NCBI GenBank assembly: GCA_965644295.1
Contig: CBFFRP010000615.1
Location: 14,268 to 78,267, forward strand
Direction of reading: 5' to 3'
Source: Paraphysomonas bandaiensis
Taxonomy: Eukaryota; Protista; Chrysophyceae
Length of the DNA: 64,000 nt
The position numbers and the translations under genes are program-made. A model generated the notes under the pieces. It searched no databases. It had not been told where the DNA came from and worked only from the letters and a program-made list of their open reading frames with translations. Positions within the stretch are counted from its first letter, which is position 1, and every line of letters begins with the position of its first letter. Of this stretch, positions 54,241 through 64,000 are shown one piece after another.

Positions 54241-54799
54241 GCTAAATATCATAACTTATCATAACTCTTTAAGGAAGTACTCATAACGGATAATTCATAT
54301 TTTATAGTTCATATTCTATCGAAGTTAGATTGAGTGCATTTCGTCAACAAGTTTTATATTTTTAATTATAACCTTTTCATTATGGTAGCGGGTTTGTCGT
54401 GTGTTGGGGTTATGGGAGTCCTTATTCCTCTCGGCTGGAGCGGTTGGGTGTTGATTTATATCCGCAGAGTATGTGGCTGTCCTTATCTCGTGTAGCCAAT
54501 ACTCTACAGACTGCGATAAAACATATAGCGATAGAGACACTCATGACTTTGACTCACCTGATACACGTGAGGACGGAAGGGTTACATCATCTACACACTC
54601 TTAAGGCCACTAATTACTGTGAGACAAAACGACAAAAGACAGTTTTTGTCAGGTGCAAACAGAACTAGAGTTATACTGCAAACTGGAAGACGAAAGACAG
54701 AACAGCCCACAAATCCTGAAGGTATGACTTTTGCTTTTGTTTTATATAACATGTCACACTATATCAGGCAAGCAATTATGAACGCGTTTTCGAATTTCG

Positions 54800-55400
54800 T
54801 ATCCAAAAAATAGTTTGAAGAGTTATCACTTCGTAAGAACAAGTTAGGGAAGCCCATCGCTGAGACTGACGCGTCAGGCATTTCTCCTGTTTTCTATAAT
54901 TATCAGGTAGTAAATCAGCGACAATTGAATTACTAGTGCTCGGAGTACTGCGTGATTTAGGGAGAGGAATGTGTTTTGATGGAATTTCTGAGCTTAATGG
55001 AGCATCAATCTCAGTCTATCGTGTATTTGTTCATGATTTCTGCAAACAATATACGAGGGACAAATTTTCGAAGGTTTGTGACATGCCAACGACACCAGAG
55101 GATATAGATCGTGTAATAATGGTGTGTTGAGTAATCTGCTAATTAAACTTATGCTTAGATGTATGCTAGCTTAGGGCTTCCTGGTGTTATTGGATCAACA
55201 GCTGTTGTGCCTATTCATTGGGATAGATGTTCTGCTTCATTACGTTCTTTGCGCGTTGGCAAAGGAGGCTATCCCACATTAGAGAATAATTCGGTGACAT
55301 GAACCCACTCCAGACGTATCATTGCAGCTACATGATACAGTTGTGTGATACAGTTGAAGCTATAACTGCTGAAGTTGACGAGCACACTGTCCTCAGAAAT
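54800..55400 (+). pseudogene. Decayed PIF/Harbinger transposase
   Basis: VLGVLRDLGRGMCFDGISELNG...VFVHDFCK...PTTPEDIDRVIM|YASLGLPGVIGSTAVVPIHWDRCSASLRSLRVGKGGYPTL. The catalytic D of the GSxD motif is lost and the flanks are disrupted. Confidence 0.78.
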
Positions 55401-56309
55401 GAACTTGCTAACGATTTCATGCGTATATGGAGTGGCAGTACGGCTGTATGGTCGCAATTAAAAATCTATTAGTTTCATAACTATCGCTAGCTAGTGTGAA
55501 GTACGAGCAACCAACATGTGCGTGTGATTGCACAGAAGTTATGCATGCTCTACGTAGCTGTGGAAAGTATTCTAGCTACTTGCAAGCAATTCAGATACAC
55601 GAGCACCAAACTGAAGTCGATATCCGCCAGATGCACTCGCTGTGCATGCAACGGCAGGAAGGGAGCTGCGGGAGTGTCGATAGCAACTTGCAGCGTGTGA
55701 TGACGTCATCGTCCTTTCAGCTCCAGCATCTTGATGAGCAACTCACTCACTCTTCGTTCTTCATAATCCGATCAGTCTTGTGGTTCCAGGCGGACTATAC
55801 GCAGACACGGATGCAGAAGTGGCTGCTCTGCTGCGTCTCCATCCCTGCCAGAGGAATCAATATGCATATATACACACTATCATCATGAAAACCATCGATT
55901 TCATCATCAAAACCCGCATTTTCATACCTAAAAATCGACTGCATACTGTCAGTACTACGACGTATATAAAAGCAAAAAAAAACTCAGCTGATATGTTCGT
56001 ACAATATGTCGTAGGAAATCCTAGTTTTTCATGACACTCGCCAATGGATTTTCAGGATTTACAGTTTTTTTTTGTTCTTATTTTCAGGGTTTTGTTTATT
56101 TTCTTGGGTTTTTGTAACCTTCAACCGTCCAGCGTATCTTATGCTCGGAGTGTCCACTAGTACTAGTCGCAGTGTACTATAGTGGGGGGGGGGCAGTGGA
56201 GCAGACGAGGCGTGCTCTTGCAGTATATAAGACAATCTGAGTGTTGTATGACTGATACACTCCTCATCCACCCCTCCCACGCCCTCATCCCACCCCCTCA
56301 ACTCACAGT

Positions 56310-57354
56310 ATGGCAGATCGAGTCGAGTGGCTTCTCGTGCTCATCTTATCAGCCGTTTCGTTCAGTTTGTCTCTGTGGATCGTATGGAGGGTCCTCTCGA
56401 GACGCTTATACGATAAAGCGTTTCATTTCTTTGCACTTGGACTTGCATTAGCGGATATCATAACGAGCTCTACAGGCTTTAGTGGATACACATACACACA
56501 CTCACACATCTTGTGCTGCACGCTGACATACATGCAGATATTCGGGTTGATGATGAGAGCTCTGCTCATACTGCTCGTATGTGTGGTTGTTTTGTCAATC
56601 ATCAAGCGTGGTATGATACTATCCAATTCGGAGATCATAACAGCGTTCGTCTGCAGCCTTTTGGTAGTTATCGTGTGTACCGCTGTTGCTATATCGTTTG
56701 ACGTAGCGATCTTGTTCTGTAATGGGAATCACGATGGAGGCATAGAATTTGTGCACTCTCATGAAACGGCGCTAGTAGTGTTTGTTATCCTATACGCCGG
56801 AGTTGTATCTTCTTGCATGATGATTTCTTTGTACATAGCTTTATCCCTACGATGTCGCGTTTATGGTATGAGAAGTCGTAGAATGTCAAGATTTACTTTG
56901 GCTCTCAAGTTCCTTGTTGATAGGTTGCTATTGTATCCTATCATTTTTGCATGCTCTGGTATTCCTGGCGTACTATTGTTGGTTGTTGTCCTATCTACAG
57001 ACAGATACCCAGTTGCCCTCAAAACTCTGGTTGCTGTATCTATCCCTCTGAGAGGCATAGCTATGTCGATGGTATATATACGCTGGACCATGGCCTTTAA
57101 ATTACCAGAGGGAATAGTAGATGACAGTCCGCTAATACAACCCTCCATCAATACATCTGATCATTTAAACTCGTGTTCTGAAAGTTCGTCACGTAAGAGT
57201 GGAATTACATCGGGTTCACGTGCCACTGACGTAAAGTTGAGTTGGCACGAACGGTCTACAGACTTAGGTACAGTGATATTATTACTGTTTAATTCAAGTG
57301 CTCATATTTTACTTGGACACAGGCAACAGGAGTAGTGACCTCGAATTAACATGA
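56310..57354 (+). CDS. Seven-transmembrane GPCR-like protein (cAMP-receptor/GCR1-like)
   Basis: Seven hydrophobic segments, LALADII in TM2, Cys before TM3, RLLLYPIIF in TM6 and a Ser-rich tail. A probable short terminal intron at ~57268-57322 gives the end GNRSSDLELT*. Confidence 0.8.
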
Positions 57355-57557
57355 AAACATCAATACACACTATTGAATATCTGATTATTAAGTCTTGCTA
57401 TACTAAACGAACGTAGTTTCTAGCTAAAGTTGAATTTGCATACAAAGTAGTAGATTAGCATTATAAAGCAATCTTATATTACTAGTTTTGACGCGACTAC
57501 AGGTGTCTGAGCATCACGGGTAAAAACATTGACATTTGTATCCTCCTCTTCCATTAA

Positions 57558-57752
57558 GGTTCCTTGGTGCTTTCTCACTGCGTTTGCTTTGAGCGATAGA
57601 GCGAAAGTGGTTCATTGGTGCTTGCGGTGACGCACAAGCAACTTTCGTAGTGCCAAATAGTAGGATATCAGAGTTAAGCCCTAGTTAATTTACTTGTTTT
57701 GCTACATTAGTTCTGACACATGCACGCCTATTACTAATAATCAGACATTCAC
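57558..57752 (+). mobile_element. Family A 3' part (5'-truncated copy)
   Basis: TTTCTCACTGCGTTTGCTTTGAGCGATAGAGCGAAAGTGG...GTGCTTGCGGTGACGCACAAGC...AGTAGGATAT...TATTACTAATAATCAGACATTCAC; inverted relative to 57981-58190. Confidence 0.8.
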
Positions 57753-57980
57753 AACTAGGACTGGATATAGGGTTGGAATGTATCGGAACTATTAGCGTAT
57801 AGCAGCGTTATGGTAGTATACACATAGATGCATTGGTGTTTTCTAGGGTGATATTTGAGTTGATAGTACGATGCCAAGGGATATTTCTGGAAGTATAAAA
57901 CTGTGTTTAGATTTAGTCCTGTGAATATATATACACACAATATAGATTTGACAATAATTGGTATTTATATATCGATAGTA

Positions 57981-59388
57981 GTGAATGTCGTGAATGTCTT
58001 ATTATTAGCAATAGTCGTGTAAAAGTTGGAACAAGTGTAGCATTGCAACATCACTAACTTGTGCTTAACTATAATATATCCATATATCCTACTATTCGGC
58101 GCAACGAAAGTTACTTGCGGTTCACCGCAAGCATAATGATGCAACCACTTTCGCTCTATCGCTCAAAGCAAACGCAGTGAGAAAGCAGGATATTGATATA
58201 CCTGATATCTTCTGACTTCAGAATCTTTGAGGCTTTAAGTTTAACAGCCCGGATGTTTGACTTCAGCAGGCAGCCCAATACCCCGGATGCCCTTCAGGTG
58301 GGTCCATTCCCGGATGCCTGTTTATTCCAGGGCCTGACTGGTAACCACTAAAATAGCCCATTAATAATAATAGTCCAGCAGTTCCCGGCAATTATAATGG
58401 CATAAATAAAAAATGTCCCGGCAATTATAATGACCTACTAACTTAAAGTAGATAATACCTCTCTTAATAGATAGTGTGGTGCTCCCTTAATTACTAAGTT
58501 TTAGTTAAATATAGCAGCAGACTACGAATTGTAACTACTTCTCACTCTCCATAGGCACATCAGGATCTTCTTGCAGGGATTCATGGAGAGTATAAGCATC
58601 CCATATCATGTAATTGGCTCGTAGTAATAGTAACGATTCTAGACGATATGGATTCATGTTTCTACGCTCAGGTGTCATAACGACTAAAATGCCCCTCAAC
58701 AACATTAGATTGTGCGTCAATATGAAGCAAGCAGCGATAGTTGGACTCATAGGTACCTAGTCGAGCTCTCTTGATGACCTCGGCGCTGTCCAGAACACAC
58801 TGTGAAAAATCAGTTCCTTCACTCTCGTCCTCGTTATTACTGCCCGGTGCACCAACATCATTGAATGAATCCAAATTGCAGATGTCTAACTGCTCTTCTC
58901 TCATTACATATCAACTCTCATCGTTCCCTTGAATTTTAGCCACTGCCTTCTGAAAATTTCCACTGGAAACAATGCTTGCATTCAGGGAAGATATGGATGC
59001 CGCTCTGAATATTCTTGTCGCAGCATATCAAATATCTGAAGGGATTGGTAAAAATTGGTTCCATCTCTTTTTGTAAGGCGAGCGTAACACTCTGTAATAT
59101 TTTAAGTTGCGTCAAACTATTGTTTCAGATCTCGAAAGTTAGCTGGAGTAAGAATCTTATCTTCCAGGGTACTCGGGAAATTACATTCACCAAGAGAAGG
59201 ATGCAATTACTTAACCAGCATTAATAGTGTCTTTTTTACGTTGTACAACACAGGCATTCGGCTATGAGTGGGCAAACCGTTATCTGCTGACAATATATGC
59301 TGCTCACGGTAGCTTTCCGAAGAAATCTCTCCGGTACTTATCCCCCAGAACACCGCGATAAGTTGCGAGTCCGACTCTGTTAGAGAGT
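57981..59388 (-). mobile_element. Family A full-length copy interrupted by a hAT transposase fragment
   Basis: 57981-58334 and 59221-59388 are colinear with 53764-54240. The tail has tandem GTGAATGTC x2. Confidence 0.8.
58335..59220 (-). pseudogene. hAT-like transposase 3' fragment with subterminal repeats
   Basis: Frameshifted LQSVTLALQK...IFDMLRQEY...NASIVSSGNFQKAVAKIQG...VMTPERRNMNPYRLESLLLLRANYMIWD (hAT dimerisation region). TCCCGGCAATTATAATG occurs twice near the end. Confidence 0.8.
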
Positions 59389-59911
59389 ATATATATAGAT
59401 ATGGTTCTAATGCTCTTTGCAATAGTGTCATATGCTATTAGGTCTTACCCTATATGTGAATTCTTCCATTATTTAATAACTTCATAAAAAAGAGTAACTC
59501 CCACTATATATTATCATAACTTATCATATATTTTAATTGAAAAAGTAAGTGCTGCTAATTATCACCGAATCACTTCTTTTCTCCATACTATCGAATTTAG
59601 CTTGTATGCACATTGTCAACAAGTATTATATTTTTCATTCTGACGTTTTCCAGTCCATATTACTACAAATCATGCATATTTGGATATGCTGTCACTGGCT
59701 AAGTAAAACGAAAAACTATCTGGCCGACATACATGAAATTTCAAGAGCACAGTACGAACTACCGGAGATATCAACGTCCCGGTGCTATTTGACATGGTAT
59801 CAAGAACAATGGAATAGACAAAAAGGAAATTCGATCATGCACACCACAAGCACAACAAAAGACAAGTCCGAAATTGAAACACAATTGGAAGTAGAAGGAT
59901 AAGAGCTACTT

Positions 59912-62900
59912 CTACACGTCATACTTCGACAAGTCATATTCGTCCTCCACTGTCATATTAGTCACAGGGACACCTTGACTTTCATCCTGTCGCTGCTGCT
60001 GGAGTATATCTCTGTAAGGATCGGAAGATGACATGGGCATACTTATCGATACACCCATTGGTGCTGCAACAGTTAACATTGGTATTTGTACATGATTCTG
60101 GATATGAGTTCCGCCTATCGACTTCTCCTGGTGCGGATGTGTAACAACTCCAGGCATCGTTTGAACCCAGGGTGGAACAGGGAGAGAGGATTCCGGAGAG
60201 ATCGGAGTTGGCGATAAAGGAGTGGCCCGTATTGGGGGGGAGGGCATGACACACAGGTTCTGAGTATTGTGAACATGTGAGTGGGGTTGAATGTGTGGCG
60301 GTGGATGTATGCCGAAGTCAGACGACGATGGGGTGGAGCCCATAACATCTCTCTGCTTTAAGACATTGTGCCAACGGTGGCGGCATTGATTGTATGTGCG
60401 CACTGATCCCATGTACTCACACACCTACACAACTTATGTCAAATCGGGTAACAATGCACAAAACATAAACTGCGACAATTTGTGTTGTTTCAAGGAGAAA
60501 CACCGAATAAAGTTAGGTACTCACTTTTTTCCAATCTACTCCACCTCCTCGTCCCTGACCATCGAATACCCCAACTGCGCCTATAAGTTTTTCGTCCTAT
60601 ATATACGTTTACACACCACAACTTACAACAATAGACAAAATGCGCATAATATCAACAATAAGATACAAACACTGTGAACTCCGACTTAAACACCAAAACA
60701 AAATCACAATTCAGGCATACCTCAGCAACTGTCCATGGTTGATTCTTCGGATCAAGAGGCGCACAGACAGATCCCACAGGTCCAAACTCGAAACTGTCAT
60801 CTCCATCAGCAGCAGCCCGCTCGTTTGCCGTCAATATCTGCGAGTCACATCTCACTGAGCACAGTGCTTACAATAGTATAACTTGGCAAAGTATAGTGGT
60901 ACAGAATACAACGCACTGTACAATCAAATTTAACTGCAATATCTAATACGGATAACAAGATATCCAGATAGTCAGACCTGTCTCCACATATGTAAGCATT
61001 GTATGGAGGTTTTGGAAGGACTCATTCCCAGTACTTTCATCCGATCGCCTAATTCAGCTGCCACCTTATCCCAAAGCTCCTGGTCAGTAGAGCTTACGGA
61101 GGGTAGCTCGTGATGTTCACCAGTGGGGACATCAGTCTTAGATTGCTGAATGTCGCCTGGTTGCCGTGTAGAATCGCAGGAGCAGCACTTCACTGATTCC
61201 ATTAGCAAGACAATCTACATAAATAGGGCAATGTTACAGATGTCATACGGTATGCAGAGAATCGACACTGTCAAGTCACCTCTGTCTCAGTCCATGGCTC
61301 ACAGCCTTCCTTCCTATGAGTGTTGGACGCATTGGAAGTGCCCCGACTAGAGGAGCCATTAACCCTGTTCTTCAACACACTGTGCCACCTCATTCGGTGC
61401 TGGTATGTGGACCGATCGCTGCCTACATGTTCTCTAACCTATGTGGGAATTAAATAGTCACGTATGTAAGAATACTTACAAATAATGAGGCATGGTGTAT
61501 AATTGTGATCTAGCTTCTTTTACACAGCATGCAACAGCTACGTCGTATAATGTGGAATATGATATATTTTATAGCACGAGTACCTTTGCCCAGTCTACAG
61601 TCCCGCCCCTGCCAACACCATCATACATTGCTACTGCCTCAGTAAGAAGTGCATCCTCAGCATCCGTCCAAGGTGTTGTCTTTAGCCCTTCACCTCTATG
61701 TCTCAGTACGCTATTCCATCGAGTATGACACTGATTAGGAGTTCTTTCCCCGTTACAATACTCACTGACCTATATCAACATATGAAACCTGTTTATATAG
61801 AATGTATGGATATACCCTTCTCCAATCGACCCCTCCACCTTTGCCCTGGCCTTCATATAACCCAACGGCCTGAATAAGTCGCTCGTCCTACCAATATAAT
61901 GCAGAATCACTGCAAGCACTCAAAACATGCCATGCTATACCTCATGTTTGGCCCATGGCCCAGTTTTGACAGTTGTGCCTCTGCTTCTATGGACCCGGAG
62001 AACTGTATTCCAACGCAGTCTGCATTGCTCACTTGTCCTACCCACCATACACTCCGCAACCTATAACTTATTACGAATGCGCCACATATAATACATACCA
62101 GCTTACTACAGGCACGGTAGCATAGACTTTAACAGTGATACACATGCCCGACAATACTAAGAATTGAACATAAAATGCACTGACCTTAGACCAATCTATC
62201 CCACCACCCCTGCCCTGACCTTCACACGAGCGTACTGCTTCGGCTAATCTCTCATCATCCTCACCCGACCATGGCCCCGCTCTTGCTCTGCCTCTATCCA
62301 ACCTCTCCCGCTGTATTGACTGCCTCAGGGGAGTACTATTCCCATCTGTGGAGCTTCCCCTGAGGTCGCCCTCCTCCGATTGTCTCTGTTTCTGAATAAC
62401 TTCAATCCGATGCGCACATTGTTTTGGTGTCCGTTGGCCTCCTAAATGGTCTTCACTTACTCTCAGCCAGTCCACTGTACCCTGAGACCCAGAATACTGT
62501 TGTACCCCTCTACATAGAGCTTCATCTTCATCTTCTCCCCACGGGTCGGTCCTTACGCATGCCACACCCCTTTGGAGTTTCAACACTTTGTTCCACCTAC
62601 GGTTGCAGTCTTTGGAGGTCTTTGTTGCCCCCACATGAGTAGCCACAGCGGACCAGTTTACGCCTCCTCCTATTCCTTCTCCAGCGTATATTTTCACCCC
62701 CTCGATGACCCTGTTGTCGTCATCCGTAGTCCAAGAATCATCTTCGAGGCAGCGCCGACGTTGCTTGAGTGCATCATGCCATCTCTTGTAGCACTGAATA
62801 GGAGCACGAAGCCCTCCCAGATGTTCACTAACCTATAGCATTGCTCCCATAAGACCCATACTCATCTTAAACAACAAAGCAGAAACTTCAATATACTATA

Positions 62901-63741
62901 CCTTGGTCCAGTCCACCCCGCCACCTTTGCCTTGTCCATTGTATAGTGTCATCGCCTCCAGCAGACGGCCATCTTCCTCACCACTCCATGAACACGTTCT
63001 CGCCTGAGTGCCTTCATGCTGCAACGTCTGTTTCCACCTCTTCAAACACTGTCTATACGTCCTATCTCCAAGCTCGTCACTGACTCTTCCCCAGTACACA
63101 CCCCCTCCTTTCCTCTCATGCTTCAAGACTGCTGCCCTTAACCGCTCATCTTCCTCCTCCGTCCACCCTCTTCGAGAAGCCCTTGTCTTGTCCCATGTCT
63201 TTTCACCTACATCGCAATATCATTTATTATTAATACGACACGAAACTTAACAGATGTCGCGTCTCATAACTAGTCACCTAGTGCCATACATTATATACAT
63301 ACTCCCATTAGCAGGTTTCAATATATGATAGCAGTCACATGATTCACACAAACTCTCACCTGATTTCTCACAATTTTCATGTTCTGATTTGTTACATATA
63401 TCCGTGTATATCTCATCATCTGATTTATGTTTTAAGAGAGCTCTCCATCGTCTATAGCACTCTACAGGGCTCTTAACGGCCACACTATCAGATACATCCG
63501 ACCAACAGACAGTCCCCTCCTCATTCTGTTGAATTCTCTCCATTGCACTGATTAATCTCGCATCTTCCTCTTGAGTCCAGTCATCAGACTCATCATCTGA
63601 CCCCTCGTAGTCTATCATCTCATCGCTGTTACGACCATCTGCTGGATTGAGGCGTTTATTCAGATTATCATCCTGCTGCTCCTCCTCTCGAGGGCGTTTA
63701 TTCATACGATCAGTTTGAATGGATGCAGACATTACACCCAT
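59912..63741 (-). CDS. Multi-repeat Myb/SANT transcription factor (~10 repeats) with Pro/His-rich C-terminus
   Basis: Repeated W-x-x-E-E-D-x-x-L ... V-D-W-x-x-V ... R-T-x-x-Q-C-x-x-R-W units across GT-AG exons, e.g. WTQEEDARL, WTEEEDERL, WSGEEDGRL, WTTDDDNRV, WGEDEDEAL, WSGEDDERL, WAKHE|DERL, WTDAEDALL, WTETE|IVLL, WTVAE|DEKL. Confidence 0.9.
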
Positions 63742-64000
63742 TACATCATTGGATTCATGGGGTGTGATTGGCCTGTTTGGTAATTGGAATCAATGAGAAA
63801 TGCTCCCCTCCGCTCTGCTCTGCTCTCATACTTGTGCTGGACGTATATATACATACACTCATACTGTATATATACACACATATACGTACAATATACATAC
63901 ATATTCTGCAACTTCATATACATACAGCTGTATATATATACACATACTGTACCTACATACAACAGTACAACAGTACAGTAATGCAGTCGAACAGTATCAG

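Noticed and set aside
63739-63757. uORF overlapping the Myb start (TAATG stop-start)
   Set aside because: The true start may be a downstream ATG (MSAS or MNKR), and without a TSS the overlap is not interpretable.

Overview
Eukaryotic, intron-rich genomic DNA with GT-AG introns mostly 50-300 nt. A flagellated protist, probably a stramenopile, is inferred from gene and transposon types, not shown. Eleven protein-coding genes are supported: a secreted subtilisin-like S8 protease (3' end outside the window), a two-pore K+ channel with EF-hand fused to a TPR domain, a PSP1-C domain protein, TAF7, a TRIM-like RING/B-box/B-box/coiled-coil/FN3 protein, an EngB/YihA GTPase, a Ser/Arg-rich hypothetical protein, a TALE homeobox protein, a large NACHT-like NTPase with a coiled-coil tail, a 7TM GPCR-like protein and a ~10-repeat Myb protein. 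Non-coding highlights are a 6.2-kb 13-bp satellite filling intron 1 of the protease gene, a 1.6-kb (TATG)n forming almost the whole spacer between two divergent genes, and a 3.6-kb near-perfect inverted duplication with a template-switch signature. There are also hAT and PIF/Harbinger relics. A SINE-like retroposon family (at least 7 copies or fragments, one with a perfect 13-bp TSD) has a non-tRNA 5' head that folds with the topology of an HDV-like ribozyme. All long ORFs over the satellites are artefacts. All family assignments are from motif recognition by eye; no searches were run.
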